DNA of 64,000 nt from NCBI GenBank assembly GCA_045613765.1, contig JAZLBO010000016.1, positions 40,265-104,264 of the forward strand, given 5' to 3'. This stretch comes from Clostridia bacterium. GTDB taxonomy: Bacteria; Bacillota; Clostridia; Christensenellales; CAG-917. Both the position numbers and the translations under genes were made by a program. Under the pieces are notes generated by a model. The model was not told the origin of the DNA, made no database searches, and saw only the letters and a list, made by a program, of their open reading frames with translations. Below, piece after piece: positions 40,672 through 49,966 of this stretch (position 1 is its first letter; each line of letters opens with the position of its first letter).

Positions 40672-42426
40672 ATGAAAAGACTGCCCACTATAATCCTGTT
40701 GGCAGTTTTTTTCTTTGCACTTATTTTTGCAAAACTCATATATGTGATGATCGTTGAAGGGGAAGAACTGCAAGTTAGGGCACTTGACCAATGGACAAGA
40801 GATCTTCCAACTGATGCTCCCCGTGGGCAAATACTTGATAGAAACGGAGAAATCCTTGCAGGCACTACGACAAGATACAATATTTACGTCCGTCCAAATT
40901 CTGTGGGGGACAAAGAGAAGGTTGCATCAGTTATAGCAGAAGTTTTGGGTTTCGAAAGAGAAAAAGTCCTTGAAAAAATATCAAAAAAAGTATCCGAAGT
41001 CACCATTGCAACAAAAGTGACAAAGGAGCAGATGACATTGCTTTTTGAAAGTGGGGTTGAAGGGGTTTATTACACAGAAGACAACTTTCGTTATTATCCA
41101 AACGGGAATTTTATGACACAAGTTTTGGGGTTTACCGGCGCAGATGGCAACGGACAAACGGGGCTTGAAAGTTATTACGATAAATACCTTACAGGTATTA
41201 ATGGTTCAATTATCACTGAAACTGACTTGATTGGCAGAGAGTTGGAAAGTGGAAAAAGTTATTATTTGCCATCTATAAGTGGACTGAATTTGCAGACCAC
41301 ATTAGATGGGCGCATACAAAGAATTGTTGAAGGCGTTGTTGAAAAAGCAGTGGCTTTGTACAATCCCAAAGCAGTGGCTTGTCTTGTGATGGACTATACA
41401 AATGGCGAAATCATATCCCTTGCAGAATATCCGTCCTTTGACTTAAATAATGTGCCTCGTGATGACCTTCAAAAACTTTTTGCATCGTCAAAAAGTATGC
41501 TTGTGTCTTCGGTGTATGAGCCCGGCTCAACGTTTAAGATTTTAACTGCTGCATCTGCTCTTGATATGGGTGTTATGTCAACATCTAATAGGTTTTATTG
41601 CTCTGGATCGAGGGTGGTTGACGGCAAAAAAATACGCTGTTGGAAGACGAAAGGTCACGGCTCAATCGACTATGGTCAAGGGGTGGAGAGCAGTTGCAAC
41701 TGCGTGTTTATGGACAGTGCTTTGGCAATGGGCACTGAAAAGTTTTATGACTACTTGCAAGATTTTGGATTGAAGTCAAAGACTGGCATTGATATGACAG
41801 GGGAAACGAGTGGATTGTTTATCGCAGAGAATTTGGTGAAAACTGTTGACCTTGCTCGCATAGGATTTGGGCAAGCAGTGGCAGTGACGCCTATCGGTAT
41901 GATGAGTGCTTGCTCGGCAGTGGTCAATGGTGGCACAACAGTGTATCCACATCTTGTAAAACAAGTGGTTGATGACAAAGGCAATTCAATAGACAATGTT
42001 TATACAATTAGAGAAAGCAAGCGTGTCATCAAAGAGTCAACCTCCAATACAATGCGAGAACTTTTGGAAAGAGTTGTAAGCAACGGCAGTGGAAAAGGGG
42101 CAGGTGTCAATGGATATTCTATTGCAGGAAAGACGGGCACTGCACAAAAATACGAAAATGGCGCAATCGCACAAGGCAAGTATATCTCATCATTTTTGGG
42201 ATTTTCCCTTGAAAGTGGTGCGCCATACGGTGTTCTTTTGATTGTTGACGAGCCACAAGGATATGTCTATTACGGCTCGCTTGTTGCTGCACCATTGGTT
42301 GGGGATATATTTAGAAGTGTATTTGACCTTCTTGAAATCCCAGCATCAAACAATCTTGACATTGAAAGTAGTTTCAACCCTGATGATGTTGAAGAATATA
42401 TAGATTACGTTGAATATTTGGAGTGA
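40672..42426 (+). CDS. spoVD: Class B penicillin-binding protein, SpoVD-like (no PASTA domain)
   Basis: RG.ILDRNG, RYYP, EPGSTFK (SxxK), SCN, GKTGTAQK. Confidence 0.85.
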   Translation: MKRLPTIILLAVFFFALIFAKLIYVMIVEGEELQVRALDQWTRDLPTDAPRGQILDRNGEILAGTTTRYNIYVRPNSVGDKEKVASVIAEVLGFEREKVLEKISKKVSEVTIATKVTKEQMTLLFESGVEGVYYTEDNFRYYPNGNFMTQVLGFTGADGNGQTGLESYYDKYLTGINGSIITETDLIGRELESGKSYYLPSISGLNLQTTLDGRIQRIVEGVVEKAVALYNPKAVACLVMDYTNGEIISLAEYPSFDLNNVPRDDLQKLFASSKSMLVSSVYEPGSTFKILTAASALDMGVMSTSNRFYCSGSRVVDGKKIRCWKTKGHGSIDYGQGVESSCNCVFMDSALAMGTEKFYDYLQDFGLKSKTGIDMTGETSGLFIAENLVKTVDLARIGFGQAVAVTPIGMMSACSAVVNGGTTVYPHLVKQVVDDKGNSIDNVYTIRESKRVIKESTSNTMRELLERVVSNGSGKGAGVNGYSIAGKTGTAQKYENGAIAQGKYISSFLGFSLESGAPYGVLLIVDEPQGYVYYGSLVAAPLVGDIFRSVFDLLEIPASNNLDIESSFNPDDVEEYIDYVEYLE

Positions 42427-42552
42427 AATTTGCAAGAAAATTGTTGAAATAATTTTGCAAAAATTTTCCGTTTGTGACTACTTTTGCGATCCTATTGACC
42501 GTGGAATATACACTTATTAAAATAAGTGTACAAAACACTTTGGAGGCAAAAT

Positions 42553-43995
42553 ATGACACTGGAAAAATTACTTGACGGATTAAAAGTTTTAAGCACAAAT
42601 GTAAACCTCGAAAAAGACATTAAAGATATAAAAATCAATTCGCAGACAGTGGAAGATGGGGATATTTTTGTTTCCATGAAGGGACTGAAAGATGATGGAA
42701 ACAAGTATCTTGATCAAATCAAGAAAGATTTTGTTGCCATCACAGAAATAAAACCTCAAAACCAAGAAATTAAATACGTTCAAGTTGATGACGTGCGCAA
42801 AGCCTATGCGCTCATTTCGTCAAACTTTTTTGCACACCCATTGGAAGGCATGAAGTTTGTTGCAATCGTTGGCACAAATGGAAAAACTTCCACGGCACAT
42901 TATATCAATTCTATTTTGACAAATTGTGGATTCAAAACGGGTCTTATTGGCACAGAAGGGCATTATATCCTTGGAGAAAAGGTTGCTCACAATTTGACAA
43001 CCCCTGATCCTTACGAGTTGAACTCTTTGCTTTTTAAGATGAGAGCAAAGGGTGTTGAAGTTGTCATAAGTGAAGTGAGCGCTCACGCCATATATCTTAA
43101 GAAAGTTGTAGGCTTGAAAGCAGATATGGCAGTGCTTACAAACATATCTCAAGATCATCTTGATTTTTTCAAAGATTACAAGGAATATGAAAGGGTCAAA
43201 CTTGACTACTTTACCGAAGAAAACGTAAAAAAAGCCATTGTCAATATTGACGATAATGCAGGCAAAAGACTTGCATCTCGCCTTGAAAAATCAAATGTGG
43301 AACTTGTCACTTTTGGTCTAAACAATCCTGCAGATTGCTTTGCAATAGATATATATGAAGGCATAGACGGGATTCATTTTGTTGCCAATTTGTGTGATGA
43401 CTTGGTGGATATTAGATCTTCACTTTATGGGGAATTTAATGTCTATAATTTGCTGGCATCAATTTCTGTGTGTGCCGAACTTGGTGTCTGTGGCGAAACT
43501 CTTGCAAAGGCAGTGCGCAAAGTGAAAAATGTCAAAGGTAGATTTAGTGTTTTGCGAGCAGAAAAGGGAACTATAATCATAGATTATGCTCACACGCCTG
43601 ACGGACTGCAACAACTACTCAAAACTGCACGAACAATCACAAAATCTCGCCTTATAACTGTCTTCGGTTGTGGTGGCGAAAGGGATACTGCCAAGCGTGC
43701 GCTTATGGGTGAAATTGCCGAAAATTACAGCGACTATGTTGTTGTGACAACGGATAATCCCCGTGGGGAAAATGCAGAAAGCATACTTCACGATATAGAA
43801 ATGGGATTTGCAGGGCGCAATTATAAATGTATCGCCGATAGAACGGAGGCAATTATCCACGCAATCGGCGAAATGGTTGAAGGGGATACCGTTGTTATTG
43901 CAGGCAAGGGAAATGAGGAATATCTTGAAGTAAAAGGCAAAAAAATTCCATATAGCGACTTTGAGATTGCAAGAAGGTGGGGACAAGCAAGATGA
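42553..43995 (+). CDS. murE: UDP-MurNAc-dipeptide:meso-DAP ligase
   Basis: GTNGKTS, TTPD, EVSAH, DHLDF, DYAHTPD, DNPR (DAP-type), AGKG. Confidence 0.95.
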   Translation: MTLEKLLDGLKVLSTNVNLEKDIKDIKINSQTVEDGDIFVSMKGLKDDGNKYLDQIKKDFVAITEIKPQNQEIKYVQVDDVRKAYALISSNFFAHPLEGMKFVAIVGTNGKTSTAHYINSILTNCGFKTGLIGTEGHYILGEKVAHNLTTPDPYELNSLLFKMRAKGVEVVISEVSAHAIYLKKVVGLKADMAVLTNISQDHLDFFKDYKEYERVKLDYFTEENVKKAIVNIDDNAGKRLASRLEKSNVELVTFGLNNPADCFAIDIYEGIDGIHFVANLCDDLVDIRSSLYGEFNVYNLLASISVCAELGVCGETLAKAVRKVKNVKGRFSVLRAEKGTIIIDYAHTPDGLQQLLKTARTITKSRLITVFGCGGERDTAKRALMGEIAENYSDYVVVTTDNPRGENAESILHDIEMGFAGRNYKCIADRTEAIIHAIGEMVEGDTVVIAGKGNEEYLEVKGKKIPYSDFEIARRWGQAR

Positions 43996-44987
43996 CACCT
44001 TCTTTGACACTATTTTTGTATTTTGTGGGGGCGTTTGTTCTTTCGGTTTCTGTGGGTATGCCCATAATCAAAGGACTGAAACGCCTTCGTGCAGGGCAAA
44101 ACATATTGGAATATGTTGTGCAACACGAGGCAAAAGCAGGCACGCCGACTATGGGGGGAGTGATATTTATTATCCCCATAGTGATTGTGTGTCTTATTGA
44201 GTTTACACCTGTATCACTCGTTGCAATGAGTTTGACACTTGGCTTTGGCTTGGTGGGTTTTCTTGATGACTTCATCAAAATCAAATTTGGCAGAAATCTT
44301 GGGCTAAAAGCCTACCAAAAAATCATTGCACAACTTGGGCTCAGTGCAATAGGTGCATATTTTGTCTTTGCATCAAAATATATTGGCACTTCAATCAATT
44401 TCCCCTACGTCGGTCAGTTGGACTTAAACTGGGGGATAATTCCTTTTGTTATATTTTTGTATCTCGCCACAACAAATTCCGTCAACTTGACTGACGGAAT
44501 TGACGGACTTGCAGGGTTGACATCGGTGGGATATTTTATCGGGCTTTCAGTTATATTGATTTTTCAGTATTTTAACACCCTTGAGCAAAGTCCAGAAATG
44601 GCAGAGCAATTATTTTCTTTGACTGCAATATCCGTATCGGCAGTTGGTGGACTTTTGGCGTATTTAATTTTCAACATATCTCCAGCCAAAATCTTTATGG
44701 GGGACACCGGCTCACTTGCTCTTGGCGCAACGGTTGCAAGTGTTGCAATTATGAGCAAAAATCCATTGTTTATTGCCACTTCAGGCATAATGTTTGTGTG
44801 GTCGAGCATATCTGTTATAGTACAAGTTTTATCCTTCAAACTCACAAAGAAAAGAGTGTTTTTGATGGCGCCCTTTCATCACCATCTTGAGATGAAAGGG
44901 ATGAGCGAGAGTAGAATTGGCATTTTGTATTTTGCCATAACTCTCGTTGGTGGCGCATTGAGTATTGTACTTGCAGGGGGAATATGA
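43992..44987 (+). CDS. mraY: Phospho-MurNAc-pentapeptide transferase
   Basis: KAGTPTMGG, GFLDD, NSVNLTDGIDG, FMGDTGS, MAPFHHH. Confidence 0.96.
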   Translation: MTPSLTLFLYFVGAFVLSVSVGMPIIKGLKRLRAGQNILEYVVQHEAKAGTPTMGGVIFIIPIVIVCLIEFTPVSLVAMSLTLGFGLVGFLDDFIKIKFGRNLGLKAYQKIIAQLGLSAIGAYFVFASKYIGTSINFPYVGQLDLNWGIIPFVIFLYLATTNSVNLTDGIDGLAGLTSVGYFIGLSVILIFQYFNTLEQSPEMAEQLFSLTAISVSAVGGLLAYLIFNISPAKIFMGDTGSLALGATVASVAIMSKNPLFIATSGIMFVWSSISVIVQVLSFKLTKKRVFLMAPFHHHLEMKGMSESRIGILYFAITLVGGALSIVLAGGI

Positions 44988-46273
44988 ATATTCGTGGAAA
45001 AAATGTAGTGGTTTACGGCGGTGGCATAAGTGGATTGTCTGCTTATGAACTCATCAAAGAAAAAGGTGGACGAGTGATGATCTATGACGACAACAACCGT
45101 CCACACACAACGTCATCAACAGGGGTATTTGCCATGGCAGACATCATTGTATTAAGCCCCGGCATACCCAGTGGAAATCCTTACGTTCTTGATGCAAGAC
45201 TTGAAGGCAAGATTGTTGTAAGTGAAATTGAACTTGCATCAAGTTTTTGCCAAGCAGAGCAAATTGCAGTCACAGGGACAAACGGAAAAACTACAACGGT
45301 CAAACTTATAGATCACATATTGAAGTGCGCACATCAAAATTCTCATGCAGTGGGCAATATTGGTGTGGCATTTTCATCTATTTGCGACAGACTTGATTCA
45401 ATGGATATAGCAGTGGTAGAAGTGTCAAGTTTTCAACTTGAAAGTGTCAAAAACTTTTCTCCAGATTATGCAGTTTTGTTGAATATCAAAAATGACCATA
45501 TTGACAGACATGAAACCTTTGAAAGATATGTTTCTGCCAAGTCAAATATTTTTATGCACCAATGTGAGTGTGACGTTGTGGTTTACAATGACGATGATGA
45601 TGCCATAACTGGATTAGTGCCATATATGAAAGGGCAAAGAGTGCCTTTTAGTATGACTCACCCTGTTGATGGTGCATATATTTCATCAGGGTTTGTCTGC
45701 TACAAAGGTTTGCCAATAATTGAAGTTGCAGATCTTGACGCCAAAGGTGCAGAGATAGAAAACGTCCTTGCTGCAGTGGCAGTGACAATGCACAAGGGAA
45801 TAAGCAAATATACTGTATCAACAGCGCTTTGTTCATTTACAAGACCACAATTTAGACGTGGAAAGGTTGCTCAAATTTGTGGTGTTGAAATCTTCAACGA
45901 TAGCAAGGCGACCAATATTGCATCAACGGTTTCTGCCATATCGGCAATGGACGGCGATACTGTCTTGCTTGTTGGTGGCTCAAAGAAAATGGAAAACTTT
46001 GATGACTTGTTTTCGGCTATTGACAAAAAAGTCATAAGCGTATTTGCCTATGGCGAAAATAGAGAAGAAATTGCACTTTCTGCAAAGAAATTTGACGTTG
46101 ACTTGACTGTTGCAGGCGACCTTGAAGATGCAACGAGAAAGGGCTTTGATTTTGCCAAGATGATTGGCGCAAAGAATTTGTTGTTTTCCCCTGCAAGCAA
46201 AAGTTTTGATGCGTTTTCAAACTATGAAGAACGTGGTCGCTTTTTTGACAAGGTGGTCAAAACTCTAAAATGA
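44984..46273 (+). CDS. murD: UDP-MurNAc-L-Ala:D-Glu ligase
   Basis: SPGI, TGTNGKTT, EVSSFQL, DHIDRH, NDSKATN, SPA..SFD.F.NYEERG. Confidence 0.95.
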   Translation: MNIRGKNVVVYGGGISGLSAYELIKEKGGRVMIYDDNNRPHTTSSTGVFAMADIIVLSPGIPSGNPYVLDARLEGKIVVSEIELASSFCQAEQIAVTGTNGKTTTVKLIDHILKCAHQNSHAVGNIGVAFSSICDRLDSMDIAVVEVSSFQLESVKNFSPDYAVLLNIKNDHIDRHETFERYVSAKSNIFMHQCECDVVVYNDDDDAITGLVPYMKGQRVPFSMTHPVDGAYISSGFVCYKGLPIIEVADLDAKGAEIENVLAAVAVTMHKGISKYTVSTALCSFTRPQFRRGKVAQICGVEIFNDSKATNIASTVSAISAMDGDTVLLVGGSKKMENFDDLFSAIDKKVISVFAYGENREEIALSAKKFDVDLTVAGDLEDATRKGFDFAKMIGAKNLLFSPASKSFDAFSNYEERGRFFDKVVKTLK

Positions 46274-47406
46274 AACGCAAAATCTTTGATTTTGACATAT
46301 CAATAGGCATAGGTGCATTGGTTTTGTCTTTGCTTGGGCTTTTGTTCATATATGATGCATCGTCATACTCGGCAGAAGTCCAACTCGGCGACGCCTTTCA
46401 CTATGTGAAAACGCAGGCTGTTGCACTTGTCATCGGTCTTGTTTTGATGGTTGCCATAACCCTTGTTGATATGCGTAATATCAAGAAGTATGCGTTGTGG
46501 ATTTACATAGTATCTTTGATTTTGTTGGCGCTTGTATTTGTGCCTGTCCTTGGGGTTGAAAGTTACGGGGCAAAACGGTGGCTTAATCTTGGCTTTTTTA
46601 CAATTCAACCCAGTGAATATGCAAAATTTGGACTTGTGATTTTCCTTGCAAAACTTTTGGCAGACAAGGGCGTCGGCACGTTTCCTAAATTGTTGCTTAT
46701 GTTTTTGATTGGTGGGGTGGTGGCAGTTTTGCTACTGCTTGAACCAAATATGTCAATTACAATCTGCGTCCTTCTTGTCACCATTATTATGATTTTTGCC
46801 GGTGGCGCAAAAATTAAACATCTTGTGACATTGGGAGTTCCGTTGCTTGGGGCAGGTGTTGGACTTATTCTTGCAGAGCCATATAGGGTTAGACGGCTTT
46901 TTGCATTTATTGATCCTTGGGCGTCGCCACTTGATGAAGGTTATCAGTTGATTCAATCATATTATGCCCTTGGGTCAGGGGGACTGTTTGGAATTGGCAT
47001 TGGCAATTCAAGACAAAAATATTTATTTTTGCCTTTTGCAGAAAGCGATTTTATATTGTCGGTTATAGGGGAAGAAGCAGGGCTTGTTGGCATTATGCTT
47101 TTGGTCGGCATATTCCTTTTCATAGTCATCAAAGGTTGGATGGTTGCCAAACGGGCAAAGGACAGATTTTCTTGCTATGTTGCAACAGGCATTAGTGCAG
47201 TGATTGCAGTGCAGACGGCACTGAATATCGCAGTTGTTTGTGGTGCAATTCCACCCACGGGCTTGCCGTTGCCTTTTATAAGTGCAGGTGGCAGTTCGCT
47301 TGTGGCATATATGGTTGCAGTTGGGATACTTATGAATATATCTCGTCAATCGAGAAGTGGTGTTTTGGATTCAATAAACAAGGTGGAGATTGATTATGCA
47401 AAATGA
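46270..47406 (+). CDS. SEDS glycosyltransferase FtsW/SpoVE
   Basis: GAKRW, QPSE.AK, GYQ..QS..A.GSGG, LP..ESDFI, P.TG..LPFISAGGSS. Confidence 0.92.
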   Translation: MKRKIFDFDISIGIGALVLSLLGLLFIYDASSYSAEVQLGDAFHYVKTQAVALVIGLVLMVAITLVDMRNIKKYALWIYIVSLILLALVFVPVLGVESYGAKRWLNLGFFTIQPSEYAKFGLVIFLAKLLADKGVGTFPKLLLMFLIGGVVAVLLLLEPNMSITICVLLVTIIMIFAGGAKIKHLVTLGVPLLGAGVGLILAEPYRVRRLFAFIDPWASPLDEGYQLIQSYYALGSGGLFGIGIGNSRQKYLFLPFAESDFILSVIGEEAGLVGIMLLVGIFLFIVIKGWMVAKRAKDRFSCYVATGISAVIAVQTALNIAVVCGAIPPTGLPLPFISAGGSSLVAYMVAVGILMNISRQSRSGVLDSINKVEIDYAK

Positions 47407-48649
47407 AATCTTTGAAATAATAGGTGGATCAAAACTTGGTGGCACAACAAAGGTGTATTCTGCCAAAAATGCAGTTTTGCCTATGCTCGCAGGGGCAATG
47501 CTCACAAAGGAAAAAGTGACAATCAAAGATTGTCCTTTTATCACAGATATTGACAATATGTTCAAAATTCGTGATTGTCTTTCTCTTTCAACTGTTTGGG
47601 AGGGGAGAAATATTGTGGCATCCGGTGGTGTTGAAAACAATCATATTCCAGAAAGTCTTGCAGGGGTGATGAGATCATCAATTTTTATGCTTGGCCCTTT
47701 GCTTGTTGAAGCGGACAAGGTTAGATTGCATTTGCCCGGCGGTTGCAAAATTGGGGCAAGACCAATTGATATACACCTTGACGGGCTTTCAAAAATGGGT
47801 GCAAAGATTGAAGTTTTTGACAATGGTGTTCAATGTGAGGCAGATAGACTTCAGGGGGCAGAAATTATCTTGCGATATCCAAGTGTGGGTGCAACGGAAA
47901 ACTTGATTTCTGCAGCAGTGAAGGCAAGGGGCGAAACGACTTTGATTGGTGTTGCAAGAGAACCGGAAGTGGTGTCTTTTGCAGAAATGCTTGTATCCAT
48001 GGGGGCAAAAATCAGTGGTATTGGCACGCCTGTTGTAAAAATCAAAGGTGTTGACTGTTTGTACGGTACAACCATTAAACCTGTAATGGACAGAATTGTC
48101 ACGGGCACAGTTATTTTTGCCACTGCGCTTGTCGGTGGTAGGGTGTTTATTGACGGAGGCAATATCCGTCATATTGGTGCACTCGCAACAAAACTCGTGT
48201 CAAAAAATTGCGAGATTGTAGAATTTCATGACGGCATCATAATTGAGAGTGATGGAGAAGTGAGCGCATTTGATTTGTCCAGTGGCCCATATCCCAAATT
48301 TCCCACAGACTTGCAACCTATTGCAGTGTCTGTGCTTTGCCAAATGAAAGGTCATAGCATTGTTGAAGAAAACGTGTTTGAAAATAGATTTTCATACACA
48401 GATGAACTTGTCAAAATGGGTGCAAAAATATCTTTGATTGAAGACAAAGCAATTATAGATGGGACATCTCTTGTTGGCAGAAACGTGGTCGCCAAAGATC
48501 TTCGTGGTGGAGCAGGTCTTGTTGTTGCATCTCTCAAAGCAAATGGCACAACTTGTGTGTCTGGAGTGGAACATATAGACAGGGGCTATGAAAATATCGA
48601 AAAAATCTTTTCATCATTGGGTGCAAAAATAGTTAGAAAAGTACTTTAA
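47396..48649 (+). CDS. murA: UDP-GlcNAc 1-carboxyvinyltransferase
   Basis: AKNAVLP, PGGCKIGARPIDIH, SVGATEN, PTDLQ, ENRF, DLRGG, RGYE. Confidence 0.95.
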   Translation: MQNEIFEIIGGSKLGGTTKVYSAKNAVLPMLAGAMLTKEKVTIKDCPFITDIDNMFKIRDCLSLSTVWEGRNIVASGGVENNHIPESLAGVMRSSIFMLGPLLVEADKVRLHLPGGCKIGARPIDIHLDGLSKMGAKIEVFDNGVQCEADRLQGAEIILRYPSVGATENLISAAVKARGETTLIGVAREPEVVSFAEMLVSMGAKISGIGTPVVKIKGVDCLYGTTIKPVMDRIVTGTVIFATALVGGRVFIDGGNIRHIGALATKLVSKNCEIVEFHDGIIIESDGEVSAFDLSSGPYPKFPTDLQPIAVSVLCQMKGHSIVEENVFENRFSYTDELVKMGAKISLIEDKAIIDGTSLVGRNVVAKDLRGGAGLVVASLKANGTTCVSGVEHIDRGYENIEKIFSSLGAKIVRKVL

Positions 48650-48796
48650 TTTACTTTGTAAATTAAAAATATCAAAAAAAGATAAAAATTTATCAAAAAA
48701 TCCTTGACTTATTTCTATTATAATATATAATAAGTAATAGAATAATATAACGTATGCGTGTATGTGCGTAGCGCGTACACGAAAACAAGGGGATTT

Positions 48797-49966
48797 ATGG
48801 CAAATATTTTTACCAAAGACATCGTCGTGCTTGACGTAAGTTCTCGTCTTATCAGCGCAATGGTCGGTATGAAAAAGGCTCAAAGTGTCTTTTGCATAAA
48901 GTCTGTTGCTGAAAGAGAACACGCCGGTTATGAGCAAGGCGAATGGTTTGATGCAGATGATACAAGAAGTGTTGCCATATCAGTCTTGAAAGAAGCAATG
49001 CGCAATGCCGAATCTCGCTCAAAGAGAATTTTTATCGGTGTGCCTGCAGAGTTTACTACAGTCGTGAAAAAAGATGTGGCAATCACCTTGGATAGAGAAC
49101 GCAGAATTATTGATGCAGATATAGATTTTCTTTTGAAGAAAGGGGACACTTTTGAAGGTAGCAATTACGCTCTTATCAACAGTTCAGCAATTTCATTTTC
49201 AATCAACACTTCAGACAAACTTTATCGTGACGTAAGAGGGCTTGTTGCCTCAAAGGTTGTTGGCACAATATCCTACATCCTTTGCGAGAAAGGTTTTGTG
49301 AGATTTTTTGATGAGATCGTTGCATCTCTTGGATTCAAAGATGTCAAATATATTTCAACTGCTTGGGCAGAAGGCATCACACTTTTTGAAAAAGAAGAAC
49401 GAGATGAGCCTTATGCATTGGTTGACATTGGCTATATCTCATCATCAATGATTATCGGCAGAGGAGAAGGCGTTGAAGTGATGAAATCTTTCTCTCTCGG
49501 TGGTGGACACATATCTGCAGATATGTGCGAAGCAATCGATATTGACTTCGAGTTGGCAGAAAAGGCAAGAGAACTTGTTGATCTCAATCTCAACTATCAA
49601 GACAATGAAATTTTGGTTGGCGACGGCGAGCAAGTCATTTATGGTGTTGAAGCAAGCGAAGTTGTCAAGGCAAAACTTGATTTGTTTGCAGAGATCATCT
49701 ATGGCATACTTGAAGAATCAAACGTCAAATTGCCACCTTATGCACCTTTGTATTTGACAGGGGAAGGCGTGGCATCAATCCGTGGAGTCAAGAAATATCT
49801 CAGTTCAACTCTCGGTATGAACGTAGATATCGTGATGCCCAAATTGCCCGGCTATGCAAAGCCTTGCAACTCAACAAAGATTTCACTGTTGGTAATTGCA
49901 GAAACACTTTCCAACTCTAAAGTTGGTGGATTTTTTAAACGTATATTAAACGGAGGTAACTTATGA
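48797..49966 (+). CDS. ftsA: Cell division protein FtsA (divergent)
   Basis: Actin-like motifs VLDVSS, VDIG, LGGGHIS.D, LTGEG; directly upstream of ftsZ. Confidence 0.8.
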   Translation: MANIFTKDIVVLDVSSRLISAMVGMKKAQSVFCIKSVAEREHAGYEQGEWFDADDTRSVAISVLKEAMRNAESRSKRIFIGVPAEFTTVVKKDVAITLDRERRIIDADIDFLLKKGDTFEGSNYALINSSAISFSINTSDKLYRDVRGLVASKVVGTISYILCEKGFVRFFDEIVASLGFKDVKYISTAWAEGITLFEKEERDEPYALVDIGYISSSMIIGRGEGVEVMKSFSLGGGHISADMCEAIDIDFELAEKARELVDLNLNYQDNEILVGDGEQVIYGVEASEVVKAKLDLFAEIIYGILEESNVKLPPYAPLYLTGEGVASIRGVKKYLSSTLGMNVDIVMPKLPGYAKPCNSTKISLLVIAETLSNSKVGGFFKRILNGGNL

